From Folioceros fuciformis (Eukaryota): a DNA stretch of 20,536 nucleotides. The stretch is from NCBI GenBank assembly GCA_049999805.1, contig JBNGIO010006109.1, positions 62,001 through 82,536 on the forward strand. Reading direction: 5' to 3'. This document shows positions 1 to 10,864 of this stretch, piece after piece. Each line of letters begins with the position of its first letter. The first letter of the stretch is position 1. Made by a program: the position numbers and the translations under genes. The notes below the pieces were generated by a model. It saw only the letters and a program-made list of their open reading frames with translations. It had not been told where the DNA came from and searched no databases.

Positions 1-21
1 CAGTGTAGGCGCTTGAATTGA

Positions 22-432
22 TTCAAACTTGTGGAGGCAACCGCCCAGCCTAACTAACCGTTCAAACCTTGCCTCTGCTCAGACAGCGAGTTTGAGAACG
101 TTTTGAACCAGGCGCTTGTGTGTGAGCAACCGGCAACAGGTGACTTCGTCCCACCGGTCGAGGCACTTGGTGTGGAAGGTGTAGGCCGGGGGCATCGGAG
201 CTCGTTCAAATCCTCTCTTGTTGAGAGACCATGGGAGCGCCCACCCTTGGGGGTTTGAAAGGTGCGAGGGAGCTCCGTAGGCTTGGTAGTGAGATATAAT
301 GTGGGTGCGCGCCGCGCAAGAAGATGAGCATGGAGGATTCAAAGTCTGCTCTCGCGCATTCTGTCCTGGCTGTTCTTTCCGCCTCTTCTCCACCTCCTGC
401 TCATCTCGATAGCCCTCCCCTCTGTATATAGA
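22..432 (+). promoter_or_regulatory. Putative G2/M cell-cycle promoter with six TTTGAA/TTCAAA (CHR-like) motifs, one MSA core and a TATA-like box
   Basis: TTCAAA at 22, 61, 205 and 338; TTTGAA at 102 and 254; AACGGTT on the minus strand at 56-62; TATATAGA at 425-432. Confidence 0.45.
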
Positions 433-722
433 GGCGACTCAGTCTTGCTTTCTCGTGTACGCTCTTGCCTGGCCCCAATCGCAGCAGCCTTGCCCGTTTC
501 TCTGCCCCCCAGCGTAGTGGTACCGAGTGTCCGCTTGAGCGGAATTCTGTGTCTCTGCTCTCTCGAGTCCGCGTTGCTCTCAGGAGCCGGGGGCGAGGGG
601 TCTCCAATTTGATCGAATTTTTGGGGGAGTGAAGCAACAGGTGATTCCCAGCTGGTTTCTGGAGCAAGAAGCGCCAGGTGCGAGGGAAGTGAGTCTTCGG
701 CAAGTTGTGTTAAGGAGGAAAG

Positions 723-1466
723 ATGGCCAAGACCATCGACAGGGTAGTGCTCGTGGAGCCGCAGAAGGAAGCCAAGAAGGCGCGCAAGAAGTCGGGAGGA
801 AGGAACAAGGCCATATCTCAGGACAAGGAGAACCTGTGTGTTTTTCACGAGAATGCGTTCGTGGATGGCCAAGTCGTGAGCAGGAGTCCTCTCCCTCCAG
901 ATTATCCCCGTATTCCCCTCCAGGATATTACTGCGGTTCTCAGTCCTGCCAATGTACTATCCTTCTCCTCTAAGACTCGTTCTTCGCTTTGTCGGGCCCG
1001 CAGATGCATCTTGGCTGTGGTTTTTGAGGTTTTGAGGCTGGTTCTGACGAATACTCTTGGATCGCAGGTTATGCACGACGACGAAAGCGAAAGGAGCTCT
1101 AGAAGCTTGCCCGCGACCAGGTCCAAGACAAGGAAGAGTGTGGCTCCTTGGCCTTTGCGGTATGAACTGACTATCGTGGAGAACCAGAAGGCTATAACTC
1201 CTGAGGTTCTCTGCCAGAAGACTGTCGAGGATCTCGCTCAGGCCACAGACCTCAAGGGCACCACTGGTCTCTCCAAGGGAATTGAAGAGTCAGAGCTCGC
1301 TCTCTCAGCTACTAAGTGCGACAAGGATGAAAATGAGGGTCAGCAGAGACGTGCCCCAGATGAAGAGGACTGTGCACCTGCTCGGCAGCCGCAGAAGAGA
1401 AGGCGACCTCAGCCAAGGGCTCCAGCTGCACCCGAAAGGGGCACGAGCGTTCTCAAATTTCGATGA
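723..1466 (+). CDS. UVI4/POLYCHOME/OSD1(GIG1)-like APC/C inhibitor, about 209 aa; exons 723-953, 1068-1466
   Basis: The segment SPLPPDYPRIPLQDITAVL resembles the UVI4/OSD1 core LPSWYPRTPLRDI and contains a D-box (RxxL). A KEN box lies upstream (DKEN, with KEN codons at 825-833) and the C-terminal tail LKFR* resembles MR/IR tails. A 114-bp in-frame intron runs 954-1067 (GTACTA...CTGAC...GCAG). Confidence 0.6.
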   Translation: MAKTIDRVVLVEPQKEAKKARKKSGGRNKAISQDKENLCVFHENAFVDGQVVSRSPLPPDYPRIPLQDITAVLSPANVLSFSSKTRSSLCRARRCILAVVFEVLRLVLTNTLGSQVMHDDESERSSRSLPATRSKTRKSVAPWPLRYELTIVENQKAITPEVLCQKTVEDLAQATDLKGTTGLSKGIEESELALSATKCDKDENEGQQRRAPDEEDCAPARQPQKRRRPQPRAPAAPERGTSVLKFR

Positions 1467-2533
1467 TCTCATGTCCTGCATCCACCTCTCCATGACTGCT
1501 TGTCTTTCCTTGTTTTTCGTCAACACAGGTCATGATTCCGGGTATGCCAGACCTTCGAGGTTTTCATCTAGAAAGCCACTTTGCTGGTGTCGTAGCTCAT
1601 GGCTCTGTTTCCCAGCCAAGTTGCAGGTTCCTTGTGCAGCTGCTGTACCATGCTCTCCTTCCTAGAATGGCCTTCTTCTGTTCACCTAGCTTGCCGACCA
1701 AGTGTCGATGAGGGTTGTCATGCTGGTTTCAACATCTCTCACACTGCCTTTTGACAATCTAAGTTAAAATCTGGTGGAAGTATTCAAACACGAGGTGAGC
1801 GCTCAGCTTGGGCACACTTTGGAAGACTGGCTCGTGGAAGCAAACCCTGAGTCTGTATTCCAAATTTCAGGTATCCAACACAGTGGTGCTGCATTTGGGA
1901 GCCTGTTGAGGAGCAAGATTCAAGTAGTGCAGGCAGACGCTTGCACCCGGCGTAGGACTTTCGTAGTCATTACTTCAGTATTAACCCGTGTACATTGCAT
2001 ACCAGCCTCGGAACGAGACTAGTAAGAACTCCTTTGTCCTGTCAGTGCTCTGATGGATGACATTCCAGGCTATATTAATTTTATCATTTTCTTTTTCGCC
2101 GCTTGAAGCCTGTATCAACTGAAACTTGTTTTCGCTTGGCGTCTGATTTCGTAGTTCTACTAAATTAACAAGATGAGTTTGAGAACGTGTCACGACTGAA
2201 ACCAGCGAATGTCACTGTACAAACGATTCTCGCGTTAGGGCCCGTGAAACGTCATGTGAGGTGTAAATCTAAACACATGCGCTGCTCATTGGAGATCCGA
2301 GTGTTGGATCCGGCGGGGTCGGCAGGAGACTGGATGCTCTGCTATGGCTACGACTGCAGCTGAGCACCTTATCAGTGCCTCAAGATTGGGACCAGCGGGT
2401 TGTATTTGCGATGGATCGAAGCTGGGAAGGCTCTGGCAACTGCCTGCCTGTAGCAAGAAATACGAGGTGACCATGCTCGGGAGGCACCCACACTGTTCAG
2501 GTTTGACCTGGCTGTCTTTCGAATGGTGCTACA

Positions 2534-4040
2534 ATGTACAGTCTCATGCATTCGCACTTGGGGCCTGGGATTGAGCAGAGGTTGTATGCAGTGAGGCGAC
2601 CGCTGAAGGCACTGGATTCCCCTTGTTCCTCTCGAGGTGTGTCTGGTTTGGGGTGCAAGTCGAAGTGGGGCTCTTCAGCAGCCGTGTGCTGTCTGGCGAT
2701 GTGGGACGCCCACGCCCGCCCGTGGCCAGCAGTTTTTTCAGCCCCAGGACGATCAGGATTGTTCAGAAGAAATAAAAGCAGGCCACAGTTGGTCGTGTTT
2801 GTGGGTGCCCCCAGCACGGACAGGGAAGCAGAGTCGCAGGCTGGTGACGATTTGCCAGCAGGTAACGGTGGCAGTCAGGAGTATGGGGGTGGAGACGGGC
2901 AAGGAGGCGGGGGTGATGGTTCGGGAGGAGCAATGGGATATGCTTCCAATGGCATCCTCTTCTTTCTATGGGCTGGACTGATAGCGTATGCCGTGGCTCT
3001 AGCACCCTCGCAAACTCCTGTACGTCTGTTTCCCCTCGTGATGCTGGTGTGACACCCCTTTTCCTGAATTCTCACAGCAGCCTGGTGTTGCAGTTCAGGG
3101 ACCAGTATTTCCTTGAGAAGCTGGTATTTTTGAGAGCAGATGATGGGTTTTACATGAACCCAGTGTTGGTCAATGTGTGGTACATCATGGGCATATGGCC
3201 CGTCATCTACACTGCTCTACTTATACCTGGTGGCCGAAGGTTCGTCATCCTACCAGCCTTTGCGGCTGTGCTTGCAATGTCTGACAAGTGTCCAGGAAAG
3301 TCTGACCATGATCATCCCATTGTGGACAGCTCCAAGGGCGGGCCTCCTGTATGGCCCTTTGCAGCTCTGTCCACATTTTTTGGAGCGGGCGCGTTGTTGC
3401 CGTATTTCGCACTGTGGAAGCCACCCGTTCCGCGTGTATCGCAAGAAGAGCTCAACAAGTTGCCCCTCAAAGTTTTGGAGTCTAAAATATTTGCTGCGGT
3501 TGGTTTCTTTTCCTTCGGTGCATTCGTTCCGTTACAAGCTACCCTGTTCCTCACGTACGGATACTGGCTACAGGTTGTTACACTCGCAGTGGTGGCCTTG
3601 TTGGTGACTGGAGGCCTTGCCCCTGCGGACTCGTGGAGGGAGTATATCCAATACTTTAGAGAGAGCAAATTCGTGAGACCATTAGCCTCATCACTCTTCC
3701 GTGTTTTGCACATTACCCGGGTCGCTAATGCGATTTTGTGTGAACAGATTCATGTCATGTCCATCGACTTCCTCACTCTGTCGGTGCTGGCTCCTTTTTG
3801 GGTCTATAACGATTTGGCTGTACGCCGAGGGTACGTACCTCCTTCCACCCGGTTCAGAATTTGTAGCGCGCACTTGTGCTGTACGTGACTAGTTTTCTGC
3901 CTTGCTCCGTGTACAGGCTGGAGAAAAAGTTTTGGCTCGTACCATTGGCAGTGCTCCCCGTCCTTGGTCCGGCTTTGCATTTAGTGTTCCGGCCATCTTT
4001 GCCATCGGAAGTGATAGAGGAAGATGGGATTGAGCTGTAA
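2534..4040 (+). CDS. Conserved multi-pass membrane protein of unknown function, probably plastid-targeted (cyanobacterial DUF2834-like family); exons 2534-3019, 3094-3239, 3330-3498, 3574-3672, 3748-3830, 3917-4040
   Basis: All five introns are GT-AG and phase-consistent. The spliced protein reads LFFLWAGLIAYAVALAPSQTP|FRDQYFLEKL...GRSSKGGPPVWPF...FRESKF|IHVMSIDF...PVLGPALHLVFRP...EL*. The N-terminus is Ser/Arg/Gly-rich. The start codon is uncertain (2534, 2546 or 2699). Confidence 0.8.
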
Positions 4041-4265
4041 GCAAGGATCCCCAGCGCAGCTTTTGTAAATTTACCATTACCTGTCTCTTACCAGAGATGT
4101 TTCAATACAACGAGGCCTACCTTGGGGCTCAAGTCAATTCACAAGTCCCAAAGACATATCACGAGGTGCAGATAACACCGCAGATTTTTGATCCACAGAT
4201 CACGAAACTGGACTCGCCTTCCCAAACATGATTCCACAATCTTTTGCACCAGCCAGCTTGTGCTA

Positions 4266-7067
4266 CTACTGGTTAATGAGAGCGTGCCACAATCCATCAA
4301 CAGGAGTCGATAGAAGAAGTTCAGAGGCATTTTCCTTGGCCACCCACAGGCCCCGTCTCACTTCACTGCCAAGCTGTCCGACGTACCACTCCGCGTAGCC
4401 ATGTAAGACTTGAAGGATGTGAGGAGGATCACCTGTTCTGGAATTGCCCCCACCAGCAGCACTCAAATTTCCCATCCTGTTACTGGGAGCGTTCTCCTTG
4501 GACTCTCGCGCACCTGTCGGCGAGCAGCCCTTCTCCACTTCACCCAAGTCTTGAGATATGTTCAAGCAATTCAGGTGCTGCAGCACGGGTGCAAAATCCT
4601 TTCCCAGGTAAATTCCAGGCATCAGTTCAGTTCCCAGCATTGAGCTGCAAGCCTTCTTCTTCTCCATCCCCTCCACGTTCTTACATCCCGAACATCTGTG
4701 CAGAATCAACCACTCATCTTGTGCAATCGGCCCTCCTACCCCATGGGGAAGCCCTCTACCAACGTTGCCAGAACTTAAAACTTCCGTCTCCCACTGAATT
4801 ACTTTCTCCCTCTGAAAACAGCCGAGCCACGCACACAGTAGCACGAAAGGTGAATATCCATATCATTTTCACGGCAAAAACAACTAACTGCTGATCCACA
4901 TTTGAGCCAGTGCTCCTGAAAAGAATATTTGACCTCCAGGTTCACGTTGAGAATAAGGCCCCGGGATCCACTGCACCTCTGATGCTCATACAGCAATACC
5001 TTCATGATGCAACAGCAAGGTGAGGCAAGCACTGCCTATGAAACGATGGCAAAGGAGATGCAACTACAGGATGCCGGATGTAGGAAACAGCACACAGACT
5101 TACCACGGTACCAAAAAAAAATGGAGAAGGCATAGCATGGGTAGCAACTAGCAGGGTGCCTGGATGAAGGTTTGTCCACCCAAAACGCAACCTACTTCCA
5201 AGCAGGCTGCAGACCCCGGGAGTCCCTCCGTCAGCCTTTCACCTGCTGCACATGAGACTCCTGAAAGCAAACCTACTCTCAGCACTAGCAAAGAAGCTAA
5301 TCATCGCCCCAAACAACATTTCCGCTCCAGATATTCACCAAACTTCATACTGTTCTACTATGTGGACAAAAGTTCTCTTTGATAGTAACCAGCAAACCGC
5401 GACTCCAAGGACCAGATATCCAGCAACTAAGTCCCAACAGTGCTATCCTCCTGATCATACTTGACCGGCCGTACTATCACCCCAACCTGTTTGTATTGCG
5501 GTATTCTTCATCATCCAATGATTTAACATGGTCCCAGCTACTGGATTGCAAACTTATTACAGGAGTGTTTTGAATGCTGCATCGCCATGCCCCAGATCCA
5601 CACAGCAGAAATGAACCAATTCACTTTTTCAGAAACACAAACTTGCAGCATGATCACCCCAGACACAAGACCATGACCCCTAAAAGTGGAACAAGTTTAA
5701 GACTCACCTGCATGATCTTGAAAGGCATCTCTCATCAAGATTTACAAGAAAGCTACAAGGAAAGACTTCTCGCGCTATGGCGAGTCCAGTCTGTAGCTCC
5801 TCGATTATAGCTTGTAGGTTGTAGCCAGTGAGCGCCACATAGCAAGCACACTGTGCAATTCAACCACACGCCTTGGTTAAGCTAAATGGCACAGAGCTTA
5901 ACGAAATATACACTGACTGGCACATATTGGATGGCAGCATGCAGGACTAAACTTGATTCACATGCAAGAGCATCAGAAGGGGACTTGTCTGGGTTCTAGA
6001 GCCAATCAGTACTAGGGAATGGAGATGTCGGTGGAAACAAAATTCATATCGGCCTGGTGAGGACCTATGACATGGCTTCTCATGATAAAAGTCAGAAAGA
6101 AAACCTCTGAGACTAACATCCGGCGTGAAAGATTGAAGGGGTGAAAAAAAAAAAAAGAGAGAGAGAGAGAGAGCATCCCCACCGCAAAGAGAAAACAAAA
6201 ACCGCGTTTTTACCTTAGAATATGATACAATAACAGAGAAAAGCGGCAATGCTTGTGCAATACACCTGTTGCAAACAAAATCGTCTAATCTTTAAATTGG
6301 CTCCCTTGAACAAAACTACATTTTCCTTGACATCATGAAAGGACAAGGAAATCTGGAGCTACAACCCCTTAAGAGTGGACAAAATAGGAATAGCTATAGT
6401 GCTATTAAATCAGACCTGTCCCAACTGCGTTCACACACAAGCCAGCGCTTGAAATCAATACAGGTTCTGGATCCCTCGTTCTCACACATTCAGGACGAGT
6501 CAGTGAGGACATACCAAAATGATGAGAAGGCCCGCAACCTCACAGGAGTATCCTGTCATGGCTTTCCACAGCTGATAGCTGATGGCTGGCCGTGGTGGAG
6601 CCACCGAGAACTTATGAGTGCAGACAGAGCACCTGCATGAGTGACAAAGCTATCGACCGTGAAAGGTCCCAACGTTCACGAGACGGCACAGGGATGAACA
6701 AACAAGCAAAGCAATTGAAAAGTCTTACACAAGAGCAGGTCCCTGACTGGCTCCTGGCCTCCTTGAAGACATAACAGCCCTTTGCCATCGCCTAAGGCAC
6801 TTGAAATGTACAAATGCCTGAGTACCTGCCACACAATGAGCTCATTACGCTGCTGATTCCACGGAGTTGGCAAGAAAGATGCGAGCCTCAGACCATGCTG
6901 ATGAGAAAAGTACCAGAGCAAGCACAAGGAGATATCAAACGATCTTCCTCCATGATCAGAGAGTCTGAGAACTTGGAAAAACTGCTGGCGGCCACAGGCG
7001 ATGACTCCAGACATATGCGACATGTCCCTTCCACTTGCCCTACTCGCGCCATCTTACTTGCCTTCAT
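4266..7067 (-). CDS. RING-CH (RINGv, C4HC3) E3 ubiquitin ligase + transmembrane helix + DUF179 (AlgH/YqgE-like) domain, about 408 aa; exons 7067-6914, 6825-6729, 6632-6515, 5850-5708, 5206-5104, 4999-4934, 4811-4266
   Basis: The RING-CH ligands CRIC...PCACSGT..VHFKCLRRW...CSVC assemble across three exons. A hydrophobic stretch VAGLLIIL|CACYVALTGY follows. DUF179 motifs are GTLLVAT...FFGTV|VLLYEH...GLILN, GGP...LILH and GYAEW..GQL..E...GLW...LW. All six introns are GT-AG and the exons sum to 1227 nt in frame. Confidence 0.75.
6144..6173 (+). repeat. A13 run followed by a (GA)8 microsatellite, intronic
   Basis: Read directly from the sequence; lies in the 5851-6514 intron of the RING-CH gene model. 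Confidence 0.85.
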
Positions 7068-7941
7068 CAAACTATGACGAACCGACTACAGTTAGCACAG
7101 GCCTCCGTGACGTGATCCAATTCTGAAAAGTCGCACATGGATAACGAACACCGCACTTTGCAATCACCACCCGCAACAACTGAAAGAATCGGAAAAATTG
7201 AGGATCTGAGCTAACAATCCTCCAAGTTCCCTGACCCAACTCGGTCACACACACATGACTCCATTAAATCGGATGCCAATTCAACGATACACGCTTCACA
7301 GCTTGGGTGTGAATGAATGGGACCAGTCAACACAACCTGCTGCGCCAGTCCATCCAGATGCCAGAAGAGAGGGCCATCCATTACTCACATCAAAATTCGC
7401 CGACTAGATCCGCTCCTTCTTCAAGGAAGAGCATGTATTGCGAGCGGCGCCAGCCGACACTTATCGATTGTGGATCTCCAAGCTTGCTGCGATATCCGAA
7501 TTGGGCAGAGACAAAGGAAGGCGGCAGGGACGCAATGGCAATGGCAATGGAAGGGAGCGTGATCTCTCAGCAGGATGGAGTTAAAAATGGTGGGCGTCTC
7601 GGAGACGGTCCCGGTGGTAGTGGCAAGGCTGACGTGCGACCACTAGGTGTCCACCGGCCAGATATGCTTTCCGCGTATCTCGTATCTGGCAGCAATTCAG
7701 TTCGCACTAGAAAACAGTACACGCATTTTGCTCCTTGCGCACAGTGTGGTGCATGATGTTTCACGGCTGTGTTGTTGTAATAAAGAACAAGGGCAGCGGC
7801 CGATGTGAAAGGGCTGCAACTCCAGTTCTTTCGTATGAATCTACGTAGGCACCTAACCGTCGTTACTTTCCCGAGCTTCGCGGCGGAACCTGCACACGGA
7901 CAAGACAATAGAGTCGGGGCAGATTAGCGTCAGCAGCAGCT

Positions 7942-10428
7942 ATGGGACTTCTGGGCTCCTTGCTGGAGCATCCGGGGGAAGTGCCCGCACTCTTCAAGCT
8001 GAAGTTGGCAGCTGCCAGGGCAATGAGGGCCATCCCCGCTGATCCGCATCTCGCCTTCTGCTACTCCATGCTGCAGAGAGTTTCCCGCAGTTTTGCCATT
8101 GTGATTCAACAGCTTGGTCCGGAGCTGCGCAATGCTGTGAGTTGAGGTGGCTGTGTTGGGTGGGGATGTCCTGCACGGACGGATCTGCTCCTACTGGAGC
8201 GAATGATTTTAAGTTTCTCTTTATGTACAGGTGTGCGTCTTCTACCTGGTTCTCCGTGCTTTGGACACAGTCGGTAAGTGCACTGTTGCCCAGTACCTTT
8301 AGGGCCATTCGCGCTATTCTGGCAGCAGGTTCCATTTGTGGCACATTACGGTATTTGTGATAGATTTTGTGGTCTCGTTTCAGAGGATGACATGACCATT
8401 CCGGTGGAAGTGAAAGTCCCCATCTTGCACGACTTTGATAAGCATATCTACAATCCTTCGTGGCACTTCGCCTGTAAGATGATGTTTTTATGTGGTGCTA
8501 TCCCAAGTGATGAGTTTCCAGCCCTTGCTGAGCAGTGACTCGGAATGTCGTGGTACAGGCGGTGATAAGGACTACAGAGTGCTAATGGATGGATTTCTTC
8601 ACGTCTCAACTGCTTTCTTGCAGCTGGGAAAGGGGTAAGTCTCAACTTGTTGACCCAGTTCACAGGCGAGTTGGCATCTTCTAGGATGTGTCCGCGTTAT
8701 CCGACTATAAGTCTGTGCTGACAGGTATCAAGACACTATTGCAGAGATGACAAAAAGAATGGGAGATGGCATGGCAAAGTTTATTGTTGCGGAAGTATTG
8801 ACCTTACTGCATTTTTTTGTGTTCATGCTTTCTTCCATGTTGGAATGCCTTCGCCTGGCTAGGGCAATGGTTGCAGGTTTCGGTGGAATGTGACGTCTGT
8901 TCCTGCAGTTTTCATTGTTTAATGGCAGCTGTTTTCAAAAAAATGTCGATGGTCTTCTGCAGGTTGAAACTACTGCGGATTATGATGAATACTGTCATTA
9001 TGTAGCGGGGATTGTGGGTTTAGGCCTTTCCCGCCTGTTTTTCAATGCTGGTCTTGAAGATTTTCAACCAGACTTCCTGTCCAATTCTGCGGGTCTGTTT
9101 TTGCAGGTTTGTTCCCCTCCCCCAATGCATGCATGCTTCTGCCAGTAGGTTATCTTGTCAGGCAAGAAGGCACTTAGTCCGGATGCCTTGCAAGTCTTTG
9201 GATTCTTGACTTATGGGATCAGGAGTTGCAATCTGATTCCAGAAAACAAATATAATCAGGGACTACTTGGAAGACATTAATGAGTTGCCAGCACCACGAA
9301 TGTTTTGGCCACGTGATATATGGTCAAAGTATGCACCTAAATTGGAGGTATAACCTGCCTGCAAGCTGTCACCGAGTGCTCAAATTTATTTCTGGACCCC
9401 TTCCGTATAACTGTTCCAAATTTTTGTTTGTACAGGATTTCAAAGAACCGGAGAACTCTGATGCAGCTGTCGGCTGCTTGAACGAAATGATAACCAACGC
9501 TTTGCAACATGCTCCTGACTGTTTGAAATATTCTGCGGCTCTCAAGGATCCATCGGTTTTCCGTTTTTGCGCCATACCACAGGTTTGCCATTTGCCTTAA
9601 CCTGAGTAGCTCGGTTAACTTCAAGTGTGATGATCCTGGGTAGCATCGCAAAACCTGGACAGATCATGGCAATTGGTACCTTGGCTGTGTGCTACAACAA
9701 CGCTGAAGTTTTTAGAGGGGTTGTCAAATTGAGAAGAGGTAACTGCAGATTGCAGTCTCATCCCATCGCTCTTATGAACAAGGGAGCTCATTTGAGTTCC
9801 TTGTCATGATGGTCTCTGACAATTTCGTTACTTGTATAACAGGACTCACTGCAAAAATCATGGATTCATGTCGGACCATGACACAAGTGTATGAAGCCTT
9901 CGAGCAATTTGCGGACATGTTGGCTGCAAAGGTATACATTCGTTCATAACAGGGACAGATATCAAGCACCTCCATTAAACACTTCTTGCAACCGTGACGA
10001 TTCACCTTGGCAGATTGATGTGAAAGACCCATCAGCTGCACAGACAAGGAAATATGTAGACAAAATCCGCGAGGCTTGTAAGCATGGTCTGCAGTCCTCG
10101 AAGTCAAGGTAATTGAGCTCATCATTAACACACGCACATGTTCCCGGAACAGTACGGTGAATATGCTCCCTGATGTCAGTCACGCACAATCCTCCTAACT
10201 TTCTGTACGCCTGACACAGGAAAACTCTGCCACTGGACAGCAAAACCGGTCATGCTGCCGTCTTGGTATTTCTGCGTAATCCATTTGTTTACTCGCTTCC
10301 TGCGAACAGGAGTTGGTTGACATTTGTTCTGATATTGTCGTGTTATCTTGCAGGCCATATCTTTGATGATACTGTTCTTAGCAATGCTGTATCTGGTTCT
10401 GCGTCCATTGAAAGATATTGTAAGGTAA
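7942..10428 (+). CDS. SQS1: Squalene synthase (farnesyl-diphosphate farnesyltransferase), about 416 aa; exons 7942-8136, 8231-8273, 8384-8473, 8559-8634, 8725-8794, 8963-9106, 9243-9347, 9436-9582, 9663-9738, 9843-9931, 10014-10108, 10220-10265, 10354-10428
   Basis: Motifs [59 protein letters not shown] and VKLRRG are present, with a C-terminal TM anchor [16 protein letters not shown]. The 13 exons are joined by GT-AG introns and total 1251 nt in frame. Confidence 0.96.
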
Positions 10429-10656
10429 AATCATCAGGTTTGCACACTCAGACCTCTACGGAAAATTGTACGATAAGTTGCGCACCGGGATAGGTGTCGG
10501 AGACTGTGCCCCGACGAACTCAGAGTGGTGTGGATCGGGAAAGGGCATGCTTCATGTCCCACTCCACCCCACTAATAACGCAGCTGCGACATACTATCGG
10601 CGTCTTGTGCTTTTTGTGATGTCCAGTAGGCCCCTTTGTTGCACGTGGATTTGCCC

Positions 10657-10818
10657 TTAACCCGTTGTCCTTGACACAAGTCTGGGAAGCAGGACAGCGG
10701 ACTGAGTGCCGGTCCGAATTTGAGCACCTCCCTGTTAACGAAAGTTTTGGTGCATACCTCTCTGCAGCCAATCGTGTACGACTTCCTTGGCATTCTTTCT
10801 AGGGATGCCTGCGCGAAG
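10657..10818 (-). pseudogene. Degenerate duplicate of the SEC6 C-terminal coding region (copy of 11385-11543)
   Basis: Reads [44 protein letters not shown], against [44 protein letters not shown] in SEC6. It has a 4-bp frameshifting insertion near 10768-10771 and the aligned stop context TAAGG. Confidence 0.88.
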
Positions 10819-10864
10819 CACTTCTGTATCACACGATCCTTCACACATGCTATCGTTGCTCGAG

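Noticed and set aside
1774-2574. Short ORFs between the UVI4-like gene and the membrane protein gene
   Set aside because: They have no recognisable motifs or consistent splice pattern and are probably UTR or intergenic sequence.
6214-6265. Possible extra exon in the RING-CH gene (CAACAG|GTG...AAG|GTAAAA on the minus strand)
   Set aside because: In the phase required by the upstream exon it contains a TAA stop, and the model without it is fully in frame. It might be a poison exon, but nothing here supports that.
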